A stretch of 63,373 bases of DNA, filler included, from 7 parts of 7 records of this genome joined end to end with filler, not necessarily neighbours in it; one strand, 5' to 3'. Shown: positions 1 to 10,122, numbered from the whole stretch's first letter. Notes: a model not told the origin generated them from the sequence alone. Numbers and translations: made by a program.

Positions 1-58
1 TACTTCTTGTTTTGTGCAAAAGTTCGGTAACTAACTATTATCTTCATTCAAAGAATGA

Positions 59-817
59 TTAATCTGTTAAGTGGCTTGCCCACAACATCCCACGCCGGAT
101 AATTTCGCGCGCTTGCGGCACATCAAAATCTTTTGCCACATGCCCAACGGAGGAATAGAAAACGCGTCCTTTTCCATACATTCGCTTCCACACAACCGGC
201 ATGACAACGCCCTCGATCCAGGAGGCGTGTTCGCCGCTAAAAGTAGTTGTAGCCAAAACTTTACTGCCCGGATCCACATGCATGTAATACTGCTCGGAAT
301 GCATATCAAAATCTGACAATCCAGCTGTCACAGGATCCTTATGATCCGTTATATTAACTCTGTAATCAATAACACCACCTGGATGCGCGACCCATTGACC
401 ACCGGTCATAAACTGGTAATTGGTGTTTTGTCGAAATGAATCACATAATCCTCCATGCCATCCGGCCAATCCAACACCACCTTTGACAGCTTCTAAAAGT
501 CCTTTACTCTGTTCTTTTGTTATTTCAGACATTGTAACACACTGAACAATAAGGTCCATTGAATTCATTTTTTCCGTGTCAAGGTAAGAATCCAGCGTAT
601 TGGAAATAGTTACATCAAATCCTGCCTTTTCCAGCAATGGCGCAAAAATATCCGTACACTTTTTAGGTTCATGACCTTTCCATCCTCCCCATACCATCAG
701 AGCGGATTTCTTGTTTTGATTTGCCGCAAACAATTTTTTACCAGCCAATGATGTGACTACACCTGCTGCCACAGTACGAGTGACAAACTGCCGTCTGCTA
801 AATTCATTTTTATTCAT
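59..817 (-). CDS. ThuA-like (class I glutamine amidotransferase-fold) domain protein, Tat-exported
   Basis: N-terminal SRRQF twin-arginine signal; WGGW-GHEP, GWHGG, HPGG and EQYY motifs typical of ThuA-domain proteins. Confidence 0.85.
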   Translation of the reverse strand: MNKNEFSRRQFVTRTVAAGVVTSLAGKKLFAANQNKKSALMVWGGWKGHEPKKCTDIFAPLLEKAGFDVTISNTLDSYLDTEKMNSMDLIVQCVTMSEITKEQSKGLLEAVKGGVGLAGWHGGLCDSFRQNTNYQFMTGGQWVAHPGGVIDYRVNITDHKDPVTAGLSDFDMHSEQYYMHVDPGSKVLATTTFSGEHASWIEGVVMPVVWKRMYGKGRVFYSSVGHVAKDFDVPQAREIIRRGMLWASHLTD

Positions 818-850
818 TTATCATCCCTTCTTTCGCTTGATGTATAAATA

Positions 851-2431
851 TTATATGTTCTTTATTAATTGTATTCTCAAAGCAAATGGATCTTGTAACG
901 CTGATTGGCCTCTTGCCCGTTCACTGAGCGCTTTAAACATATCCTTTTGTATCCTGTGTTTCTCCATATTTTTCGCCTTTGGCTTTTTTCGCTTTTTCAT
1001 TCAAAATAACAAAAGGCTGAACGATATCATCCAGTTTCATATTATCACCGGATTCTTTTTTATAAACCCATGCGGCATGCAGAGCAGCTCCCAATGCAGC
1101 CCCTTCTCCTGCTACAGGAACAGTTTCCGTTTCAAAAACATCCGCAATGGTTTGACACCATAGCTCTGACTGCGCCAGGCCACCTGTTAAGCGTATTTCA
1201 TTCGGTTTCACCGGCATCTTTCGAAAACCATCATAAAGATTTAATATATGACCTTCCAAAACAGCTCGGGAAAGTATTTCTTTCGTAAAATCATCTATAC
1301 CAAAGCCAAAATAAACAGGACTCGCCTGTGGTACATCCGGTGTTCTCTCACCCATATACCACGGGATAAGCAGCCGACCCTCATTTCCAACCGGTACTTG
1401 TTGAGCCACATCATTAAATTCATCATGGGTCATGGAAAAATGTTCCAGAACAGCATTATAGCCATTGGCCAAATTCGAAACACAGAGAAGCGGCAAGTGG
1501 AATCCAGTGCTGTCGCAAAAGCAGCAATTTCTCCCTGAGGATCAATAAATGGTTCTTTCAGATATGTATAAGCCGTTCCACTGGTACCTAAACTGATCGT
1601 TACAATACCGGATTTGACATTTCCAGTGCCGACAGCGCCATACATATTATCACCACAACCGGCATCTACCTTACATTCCGGATCAAGACCGAATCTTTCT
1701 GCAAAACGTTTACCGACCAGACCAATACTCTGATCAGATGGCTTTATCATCGGGATTTTTTTTGATAGTTCCTCCGAGATGGCATTTAAAACTTTTTCAG
1801 ACCAGGTTCCTGTGCCAGGATGCCATAAGGCCATTCCTGACGTATCACCTGGTTCCATTACTCTTATACCACCATCCATCCCGCCTGTCAGGTACCAATT
1901 TATAAAATTATGAACCAGAAAAACCGTCGTGGTTTTCTGAAATGCGTCCGGTTCATGTCTCGCCATATGAAATATCTTTGCTGCGGTATATCCCGTTCGC
2001 TGGCTGTTGCCAACCTCCCGGATCATTGCGTCAACACCACCGATCTTTTCAGTTAGAATGGCACACTCTTTTTCCGTACTGAAATCGTTCCATAGTTTAC
2101 TGCGCGCACGTGTGAGATATCCCTGCTCATCCAGCGTAACAAGACCATGCTGCTGACCGGATACAGAAATGGCTTTTACTTTATTTTGTGGGACTGATGA
2201 TTTTTTCAGCCGATCTAATAATATGTCCAGTGCTTCAATCCACATTAAAGGGTCAGATTCGGAAACACCTTCTCCTAATCCCTGAATAACACCATTTTTA
2301 GTGCCATAGTGGGGCAAATCCACATCATATTGAACAGAATCAATGTAAATGATCTCAGATGAATCATAGTTAACAACAATTAACTTTGTACTTTGTGTCG
2401 AGCTATCAATACCAACGAACAGATTCTCCAT
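851..2431 (-). CDS. xylB: Xylulokinase / FGGY carbohydrate kinase, split by two apparent 1-nt homopolymer deletions (~1517-1520 and ~994-999)
   Basis: GIDSSTQSTK, SGQQHG, LWND, GDN and SLGTSG FGGY motifs. Adding one T restores AAFCDSTGFHLPLLCVSN, joining ORFs 1430..2431 and 933..1496. Adding one A gives the C-terminus ...DPFALRIQLIKNI*. Confidence 0.85.
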
Positions 2432-2740
2432 AATATCTCCATGATGCTTAATATTTTCTGAATTACACCGGATACACCTACAGTATTTATAAAATAAATT
2501 CTTTTTTGTTTTATTGCAACCTGTTTATAGCATTCTTTTTCACAAAAATGTCAGCTGTATTACAGAATTATCCCGATATTTATATCATTTTACAGTTAAA
2601 ATTTGTTAAAAATCATTGAAGCTTAATGTAAAATGCAGATCCTGTGAATTATCTCATATTCATACAGGAATTATATATTAATTCGATAGTTATATTTAGA
2701 TAACCTATTTATATTAACACCGTTTTCCGGAGGTGATAAC

Positions 2741-3538
2741 ATGAAAAATATTCCTTTATACATAATGCTCCTGGCACTATGTGCTTTACCAATATCTACT
2801 TTTGCTATTTCTGTTGGTGAGACAGCCCCTGATTTTACGCTGCTGGATTACGAAGGCAAAACATTCACATTATCTGAGCAAAAAGGAAAAATCGTACTGC
2901 TCTTTTTTATGGGATACGATTGCGGCTCATGTATTGTGGAAGCACCGGATGTGGAGAAATATATTCACAAAGAATTAAACCAGTATGGAATTCAGGTTGT
3001 GGGAGTGGACCTGTGGGATGGAACGTCCTCTATAGTAAACACCCGTTTTGTGCTCCGTACCGGTGTATCATTTCCGATACTCACCTATGGTAGCCCGGTA
3101 GCTCGCCTTTATGGAATGACCGTAAGCAATTATGTTATCGTTGGAGTGGATGGAAAAATAAATTACATTTCCTATCACTATGATCGCCAGGATATATTAC
3201 GAAACCTGGATTCCCTCACCAGCACTCCTGGACAAAGGCCAAAATTTGTCCCATCTGTCTTTAGACTGGAGCAGAATTTTCCAAATCCATTTAATCCCGG
3301 CACCAGAATTGATTATGAGATTAAAGTTCAACAAGCAACAGCTGTTAAACTGGTGGTTTATAATATAGTCGGTGAAAAAGTACGTACTTTAGTGGATGCG
3401 ACTCAAAAAAGTGGGTTTTATGAAGTGACTTGGGATGGACGAACAGACACCGGTGAAACAGCACCAGCAGGAATGTATTTCTACAAACTGGTAGCCGGCA
3501 ATCAGGTGGAATCAAAAAAAATGATGCTACTCAAATAA
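2741..3538 (+). CDS. Secreted redoxin (CxxC) fused to a C-terminal FlgD-Ig/T9SS-type-A-like sorting domain
   Basis: Signal peptide, VGETAPDFTL, CGSC; C-terminal QNFPNPFNP...WDG...GMYFY...KKMMLLK; GGAGG RBS upstream. Confidence 0.85.
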   Translation: MKNIPLYIMLLALCALPISTFAISVGETAPDFTLLDYEGKTFTLSEQKGKIVLLFFMGYDCGSCIVEAPDVEKYIHKELNQYGIQVVGVDLWDGTSSIVNTRFVLRTGVSFPILTYGSPVARLYGMTVSNYVIVGVDGKINYISYHYDRQDILRNLDSLTSTPGQRPKFVPSVFRLEQNFPNPFNPGTRIDYEIKVQQATAVKLVVYNIVGEKVRTLVDATQKSGFYEVTWDGRTDTGETAPAGMYFYKLVAGNQVESKKMMLLK

Positions 3539-3575
3539 GGTCATATGGTTTGTAAGCAAACTAAACCGGAAAACT

Positions 3576-4073
3576 ATGAAAAAATCAAACATAATATTGT
3601 TGATCTTCTTTTTGCCTTTAATACTACTCTACTCTGAAGCGTCTTCCAAAACGAATTCATTCTCTCTTCGTAACCTTGACGATGAGCTGGTAAACCTGAA
3701 TGATTTTCTGGGAAAAGGACCTGTTATCCTTGATTTTTGGGCAACCTGGTGTAAACCATGCGTTAAAAGCCTGCCTAAAATGCAAAAACTCTATGAGGAA
3801 TATAAAAAACAAGGCCTGATGATTCTGGCAATTAATGAAGACGGACCACGAAGTATCGCCAAAGTGGAACCATTTGTCAACTCTTTGGGATTAACTTTTC
3901 CCGTATTACTCGACAATAACAGAGATCTTGTACGTCGATTTCAGGTAAGCGGATTTCCGACAACAATAATATTTGATAAAAATAAGAAAATTGCTCACAC
4001 AATTCGTGGTTACCGCCCCGGCGACGAAGAAAAGCTGGAACAACGGATCATCTCATTACTAAAGGCAAACTAG
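3576..4073 (+). CDS. TlpA-family thiol:disulfide oxidoreductase
   Basis: Signal peptide, DFWATWCKPC, GFPTT cis-Pro loop. Confidence 0.9.
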   Translation: MKKSNIILLIFFLPLILLYSEASSKTNSFSLRNLDDELVNLNDFLGKGPVILDFWATWCKPCVKSLPKMQKLYEEYKKQGLMILAINEDGPRSIAKVEPFVNSLGLTFPVLLDNNRDLVRRFQVSGFPTTIIFDKNKKIAHTIRGYRPGDEEKLEQRIISLLKAN

Positions 4074-4074
4074 C

Positions 4075-5628
4075 GTGACTCGAAATATCCTTATCTTCTC
4101 AAGTCTTTTCATCTTTATGCTTTTTTTTGCCAATCTCGGTTTTGCCCAGCTCTCTGTGTCGAGTATCATGGAATACCAGCAGGGTAACATACCCGATACC
4201 CAGCCGGATGATCTGTATAATATTTACGGACAGATAAATCTGTTGTACTCCCGACAAAATTTGTCCTTTGGTATACGTTATGAAAATTTCAACTCTTCCG
4301 AGAATCCGCGTTCGTTTGATCATCTTGCACAGCGATACGCAGAGTGGCAAAATGGACCTTTCATATTAAGGGCTGGCAATTTTTATACAACTCTTGGCCG
4401 TGGGCTTTTATTAAGAGCATTTGAGCTGCCCAATGTCATCTTTGAACAACGACAATTCCGTCGCCGATACAGTTACTATCGTGACCTGGATGGCTTTATG
4501 GCAGAGGCAACCTGGCAAAAAATCGAATTAAAAGTTCTGAGTGGGAAACCGCTCAACAACGCATTTCCTCCGGAACTCGATGATATAAACCGTCGAAGCG
4601 GAAACGTACAGGGAGGCCAGATTATTATCAGGCCTTTTCAATGGTTCATGATTGGCGATGCTTTCCTCCACACCAGCTCTGGTGACCGCCCGGATATGGA
4701 TATGAATTCCCTGTTTGGTCAATGGACTCTGAATAAATTATTACGACATTGGGGCCTGACAAAGGCCACTCTAAAATTATATTTTGAACACGCCAGATCC
4801 AATTCTAAGTTGAACGATTTTTTCTCAACCTCAAAAAACAATCCACATGCCACCTATATTGGTCTCAATTTTAGTTATAAAAAGTTTGGTTTTTCCGCAG
4901 AACTAAAAGATTATAGAAACTTTGAAAATGGTTTAAACCTGCCCCCTATCCTCTATAAAGAACATGGCTACTACCTTTTAAACAGATCAACCCATGAGTT
5001 ATTATCTGATTTTGAACGCGGATATCAGGTTGAACTATCCTATCGACCGACAAAAAATATCTTTCTGGTGGCCAACTCGAGTTTTGCAGAAAATGACTTG
5101 TCTTTTCGCAAGGTCGAATTCGCTGATCGATTCATTGAAGCAACCATTCACTGGGCGGAGAAATTATCGACCAAAACATTCTACGACTGGTCAAAGGATG
5201 AAATAAAAGCTGAAATCTCACGCAAAACCGGGGGATTTGACATAGAATGGGAGTTTACCAGAGCCTACGCACTGAATATGGAATTTCAACATCAAAGTAT
5301 AGAATCACAGTTTGGGCAGACTTTGAAAGAACAACATCAAAACACATTCAGCTCTCTAACATTTTCAAGATCGCCTTCTTATTCGGTATCCCTATTGATA
5401 AACCGCTCAACAGATCCTATAGAGACGGATAATGCAAGAACACCTTTTAAAATAGAGCGAGATGCAAAATATTGGCCTGGTTTTGCTGCTTCTCTGCAAA
5501 TAAACATGGCACATGAAGTGAATCTCTTTTATGGCAAGCGTCGCGGCGGACTGGTTTGCCTCTCGGGAACGTGCTATGAAGTCCTGCCTTTTAAAGGTCT
5601 TGAGTTAAGATGGGTGACACATTTTTAA
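4075..5628 (+). CDS. DUF6029-like outer-membrane beta-barrel protein
   Basis: Signal peptide, GNFYTTLGRGLLLR, C-terminal GKRRGGLVCLSGTC and terminal Phe; coupled to tlpA. Confidence 0.7.
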   Translation: MTRNILIFSSLFIFMLFFANLGFAQLSVSSIMEYQQGNIPDTQPDDLYNIYGQINLLYSRQNLSFGIRYENFNSSENPRSFDHLAQRYAEWQNGPFILRAGNFYTTLGRGLLLRAFELPNVIFEQRQFRRRYSYYRDLDGFMAEATWQKIELKVLSGKPLNNAFPPELDDINRRSGNVQGGQIIIRPFQWFMIGDAFLHTSSGDRPDMDMNSLFGQWTLNKLLRHWGLTKATLKLYFEHARSNSKLNDFFSTSKNNPHATYIGLNFSYKKFGFSAELKDYRNFENGLNLPPILYKEHGYYLLNRSTHELLSDFERGYQVELSYRPTKNIFLVANSSFAENDLSFRKVEFADRFIEATIHWAEKLSTKTFYDWSKDEIKAEISRKTGGFDIEWEFTRAYALNMEFQHQSIESQFGQTLKEQHQNTFSSLTFSRSPSYSVSLLINRSTDPIETDNARTPFKIERDAKYWPGFAASLQINMAHEVNLFYGKRRGGLVCLSGTCYEVLPFKGLELRWVTHF

Positions 5629-5640
5629 ATCTTGCTAATC

Positions 5641-5664
5641 GCCCCGGGGATGAAATCCCCGAGC
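5641..5664 (+). repeat. GC-rich palindrome (REP-like or terminator hairpin) after the DUF6029-like gene
   Basis: GCCCCGGGGATGAAATCCCCGAGC; CGGGGAT pairs with ATCCCCG. Confidence 0.4.
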
Positions 5665-5866
5665 GATCAGATTGGATGGGTCGAATAAACACTGCATCCT
5701 CATCAACACGTTTGCCAACATTGCTGCACTATGGGGCGCACTAATCCAGAAAAACCTGATTTTAATTTGTGCGCAATCAAACAAATTGGAACAAATCCAA
5801 AGCTACTGACGTTTTTTAATGGACTTGATGATATTCCTTTTTTTATACCGACAAAAAGACAGGTCT

Positions 5867-6348
5867 GTGCATCAAACAGATTTTACAAAACTCCCGGAAA
5901 CACAATTATTTTTATCTCAATTTGGCTTGTTTAAAGGATCAAAAAATGCCGTAAAGACACAACCTCTCAAATAATTGTTCAGTTGGATCAAAATGAACGG
6001 TTGCTCGACTTTAATTTTTCAAAAATGACATGCAATAATGAAATTAAGAGTGATACACCTTACAAACAATATTGTCTCGGTAAAAAAATACAGGACCTGC
6101 TTGACATTGATTTGTCCACAGCTCTGGCAGAATTGCATGTGGACGATAATGATGAGCAATTCTTAATGTCTCTCGAGTGGGATGCTCTCAGGACTGCTTT
6201 ACAGCAATATGTCGGAATCGAATCAAATATTGATTATGATCGATATAAAATTTCAGCTATTATTTCAACGTCAGAATTCATCGAAATTCGCGAAACTATA
6301 TTTCCTCCAAAAGGAATGCCAGAACCTGCCCCATGTTGTGAAAATTGA
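5867..6348 (+). CDS. Divergent IscU/NifU-N-fold protein with C-terminal CC; probable 1-nt deletion in A6 at 5941-5946
   Basis: Repaired protein ...CRKD...DFNFSKMTC...LGKKIQD...EWDALRTALQQY aligns by eye with IscU; the GTG start at 5867 is inferred. Confidence 0.5.
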
Positions 6349-6514
6349 TCGCCTGGATTAATTTATTTCACATATCCAATATCGACTGTTTAGACGATTG
6401 GCTCGACCTAATGGTCGAAATAGTCGGTTTACTATTCCCCCCCAAAAAACCCACCCATCACCTAAAATATTATTTATTTGAAATTAAAGTCAATTCTATT
6501 TTGTCTTTAAATTT

Positions 6515-6530
6515 TGGCACGTAAATTGAA
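6515..6530 (+). promoter_or_regulatory. sigma54-like promoter (-24/-12)
   Basis: TGGCAC-N5-TTGAA versus consensus TGGCAC-N5-TTGCW, ~70 nt upstream of the start at 6599; AT-rich tract upstream. Confidence 0.5.
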
Positions 6531-6598
6531 TAAGCCTCCAGTGAAATAACGATAACAAACCAAACAACTAACACTATTTATTTTCATGGAGGTTCATC

Positions 6599-7375
6599 AT
6601 GAAACGCTTAACTTCTTTTTCACTATTTTTAGCTTTATCATTAATAGTAATCGCCTATACAACACCAACCGTTCTTGCGCAGGAAACAACCGATCCTGCA
6701 CCTGTACATGGCAATAATTTTGTAGACGAGAATGGCGATGGTTACAACGATAACGCACCGGACGCTGATGGTGACGGCATTCCAAATGGCCAGGATCCGG
6801 ATTACATAGCTGCTGGACAAAAGAATGGCAAAGGTGCCACTGGTTTTGTCGATGAAGATGGTGATGGTATCAATGACAACGCACCTGACGCCGATGGTGA
6901 TGGCATTCCCAACGGTCAGGATGAGGATTATGTTGCAACAGGTCAAGGTCAAGGTAATGGACAGGCAAAAGGTTTTGGCAAAAAAGCCAAAGGTTTTGTC
7001 GATGAAGATGGTGATGGCATTAATGACAATGCCCTGGACGCTGATGGCGATGGCATCCCCAACGGTCAGGATGAAGATTTTGTAAAACTAAATAATGGCA
7101 ACAAATTTGGTAAAGGTTTCCGGTCCGGACAGCGTGGATTTATCGATGAAGATGGTGATGGCATTAACGATCGCGCTCTGGATTCCGATGGCGATGGCGT
7201 TCCTAACGGCCAGGATGAAGATTGGGTTCCAACTGAAGACTGCACCGGTTCCCAATTAGGCAGAGGCGCCAAAATGGGTAAAGGATTTGGCAACAAAAAC
7301 AATGCAACTGGCGAACAAAACAGCGAACCACAAGGCAAGGGTAATAAAGGAAACCGTGGGAACAACGGTCGTTAA
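6599..7375 (+). CDS. Exported low-complexity protein with four TSP type-3-like DxDGDG Ca2+-binding repeat units
   Basis: Signal peptide; 4x FVDEDGDGINDNAPDADGDGIPNGQDxD-like units separated by G/K-rich linkers; GGAGG RBS. Confidence 0.8.
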   Translation: MKRLTSFSLFLALSLIVIAYTTPTVLAQETTDPAPVHGNNFVDENGDGYNDNAPDADGDGIPNGQDPDYIAAGQKNGKGATGFVDEDGDGINDNAPDADGDGIPNGQDEDYVATGQGQGNGQAKGFGKKAKGFVDEDGDGINDNALDADGDGIPNGQDEDFVKLNNGNKFGKGFRSGQRGFIDEDGDGINDRALDSDGDGVPNGQDEDWVPTEDCTGSQLGRGAKMGKGFGNKNNATGEQNSEPQGKGNKGNRGNNGR

Positions 7376-7394
7376 TTAAAATATTTTTCAAATC

Positions 7395-7429
7395 AAAAGG
7401 CGGTGGCTATTTGGGCACCGCCTTTTTTT
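7395..7429 (+). terminator. Intrinsic (bidirectional) terminator
   Basis: AAAAGGCGGTG...CACCGCCTTTTTTT. Confidence 0.8.
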
Positions 7430-7474
7430 ATGAATATATAAACTTTCATTTTCCTTTTTTGCAAGATAGATTTA

Positions 7475-7720
7475 TTACCGAACGATTTCACCAGCTGAAA
7501 TCGTGTAAAAGATTTCAGCTTGCATACACTCAGCGGAAAAGGCGAATACAGCTCGCAAATCATCTGGTGTTAGTACCGGGTAATTTTTTAAAATATGTTC
7601 CTGAGTCCAGCCATTTGCAAAGAGATTTAATAAAAATTCCACGGATAACCTGGTACCCTTTACCACGGGTTTTCCCTCCAGAATCTGAGGATCTGTATGA
7701 ATATAATTCCGCCAATTCAC
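7475..7720 (-). CDS. DUF433 (VapB45-like) antitoxin-family protein
   Basis: IHTDPQILEGKPVVKGTRLSVEFLL...NYPVLTPDDLRA signature. Confidence 0.85.
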   Translation of the reverse strand: MNWRNYIHTDPQILEGKPVVKGTRLSVEFLLNLFANGWTQEHILKNYPVLTPDDLRAVFAFSAECMQAEIFYTISAGEIVR

Positions 7721-8090
7721 AATTTGATTCCCTTTTATATAAGAAACAATAATCCCGATTTGAATTAATCAGTAATGACCTGCCAAAACCAGATTAAATT
7801 TTATTGGATTTTGTACTTTTTATCAAGAAAAATATTTTTAAAATTTACTCTATTTAATAAAAAAAGCACTTGTTATTATCGTTCCCTATAATTTAAAAAC
7901 CACTCTTAATTCCCACCCAAAAAACATAATCCTTGATATTTACTCTAAAATTACTAACTTTTTAAAAATGAATAACAAATCAGTCGTTCTAATTATGTAT
8001 CTTTCATATATTATTTATAAATATCAAGATAGCTGTTTTGATTTGTTGCAGGATATTATTTAAAATACTTGGCCAAGGGAGATCGGATAA

Positions 8091-9529
8091 ATGTTAATTT
8101 TGGTGCTGAACTGCGGGAGTTCCTCTTTAAAATTCCAGTTGATACAAATGCAAGATGAAAGTGTTGTGGCAAAAGGATTGGTTGAAAAAATAGGTTCAAG
8201 TGAAGCTATTTTAACCTATAAACCTACCGGAAAAAACAAAATTGTCCAAACACGCGAGATTTTAAACCATGACACGGCTATAAGCCTGGTACTTGGTATT
8301 CTCATGCATCCACAAAATGGTGTGATTAAGGACAAATCAGATATAGCAGGAATCGGTCACCGAATATTACACGGCGGCAGTGAATTTTCCGAATCTATCC
8401 TGATTACGGAAAACGTTTTGGAGGGCGTGAAACGATGTATTCCATTGGGCCCGCTACACATGCCCCATAACATTAAAGGTATCGAAGTGTGTGACAAGCT
8501 TTTACCCGGCATTCCTCAAGTCGGCGTATTCGATACAGCTTTTCATCAAACCCTTCCCCCCAAAGCATACATGTACGCACTCCCAATGTCACTCTATCGT
8601 AAGTATCAAATCCGGCGCTACGGTTTTCACGGCACGTCACATGCCTATGTAAGCCGGAAAGCTGCAGAATATGTGGACATGCCTGCTGACAAGATAAAAA
8701 TGATCACTTGTCACCTTGGCAACGGCTCCAGCATCGATGCCGTTGAAGGTGGAAAATGCATTGAGACTAGTATGGGATTTACTCCACTCGAAGGCCTGGT
8801 CATGGGAACGCGTTGTGGTGACATTGATCCGGCAATCATTCCTTATATTGCTACACGAGAGAATTTAAACATGATGCAAGTGGACACTCTTTTGAATAAA
8901 AACAGTGGCATGCTTGGCTTGACAGAGACAACGAATGATTTTCGGGAAATCGAAATGGAAGCTGAGAATAACAGCGAACAACATATTCTCGCTCTTGATA
9001 TTTTTTGTCACCGCATTAGAAAATACATCGGATCTTATATGGCCATTTTAGGTGGTCTCGATGTACTGGTTTTCACTGCTGGTATTGGCGAAAACTCACC
9101 GTACATCCGCAAACACGTGCTTGAAGGTTTGGAAAATTTTGGCATTAGTTTTGATCCTGAAAAAAATGAAGGAAATGAACTGTCCATTGGAACAGGTAAA
9201 GTAAAAATTCTCGTTATTCCAACAAATGAGGAACTGGCAATTGCACGTGATACTCTGGATATTTTAAACTCATTACAAGAAGAAATTGAAAAACCCATAT
9301 CAAGTGACGAATTATCAGCTGAATTATCACAGATGTCAGGTGATGATAAAGCCGAATTAATGTCCCTCTGGCTCAAAAGTCCACACTCGAGCCTGTTTGA
9401 GTTAGTCGAGCAGTTGGAAAAAAAGTGGGTAAAAAATTCAGCGTTCAGGTTATAAAGAAAGAAATTGAAGTATTAGGTCTAAACAAAGTCTCAGACAAGA
9501 AAAAGGATGAATTAGCTCAGTCGACATGA
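8091..9529 (+). CDS. ackA: Acetate kinase with ~85-aa C-terminal extension (HTH-like); reading frame shifts at the A7 run 9418-9424
   Basis: VLNCGSSSLK, GHRILHGG, FDTAFH, GFHGTSH, CHLGNG, GTRCGDID and TNEE all intact; the -1 frame runs to TGA-TAA-TGA at 9527-9535. Confidence 0.9.
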
Positions 9530-9597
9530 TAATGAGAAAAGCCCGGCCTTATGGGTCGGGCATCGTTTTCTCGGGGTAATTTGCTTGGGAGAGAGAG

Positions 9598-10095
9598 ATG
9601 AAAGAAGTGAAAAAGGACGAGAGTGGTTGGATTCTGGCACAAACCTGGTTAAGCGCTTTGGAAGAAACCGCACGAGATTTTCACGGAGCTCGCCCGCGCG
9701 CGTTCTGTAAACGCGCCTATGACCATGCTACTGAAAACTTTTTAAGAATCCTTGAAAATGAATACGGTATTTCCGCTGATAGCAAAAACACGATATATTC
9801 AGCTGTTGAAGAATACATTCAGTTGGGTGTGATTGGTGGACTTTTCCAGGATGCCAGCCAAATAGAACTACATGAAATCAATCCCAATCGTTTGGAAATT
9901 ACTGTCCACGCATGCCCTTATAGAAAAACATGCGAAGCGCTCATACAGGAAGGTATTTCTCTGAACGATCTCACCTGCGCCCGCCTCGGTTGTTTCCGTG
10001 CTGCGACGCAACAATTAGCACATATTGATTGCACCTATGAAGTAACAAAATTCAACCCGGTTGAGGGTTGTAGCGGCTTTATTGAACGACAATAA
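9598..10095 (+). CDS. Cys-rich V4R-fold-like (MetOD1/ATC-hydrolase-like) stand-alone protein
   Basis: Helical N-half, then LEITVHACPYRKTC...LTCARLGCFR...CTYEV...GCSGFI, the CP(Y/F)..C..C pattern of V4R-fold domains. Confidence 0.55.
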   Translation: MKEVKKDESGWILAQTWLSALEETARDFHGARPRAFCKRAYDHATENFLRILENEYGISADSKNTIYSAVEEYIQLGVIGGLFQDASQIELHEINPNRLEITVHACPYRKTCEALIQEGISLNDLTCARLGCFRAATQQLAHIDCTYEVTKFNPVEGCSGFIERQ

Positions 10096-10122
10096 AACGG
10101 AATCATTGGCTGGAGATATAGA

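Noticed and set aside
851-2431. xylB as a pseudogene or split gene
   Set aside because: Both breaks are single-base losses in homopolymers and the rest is undegraded; long-read error is the simplest explanation.
5731-5982. In-frame TAA readthrough linking ORF 5731..5934 to 5983..6348
   Set aside because: A one-base homopolymer repair from another frame gives a more protein-like N-terminus, and TAA is not normally recoded.
6715-7225. Possible CRISPR-like array of repeated gatgaagatggtgatgg units
   Set aside because: The repeats are in-frame, synonymous-variable coding units of the DxDGDG protein; no cas genes or unique spacers.
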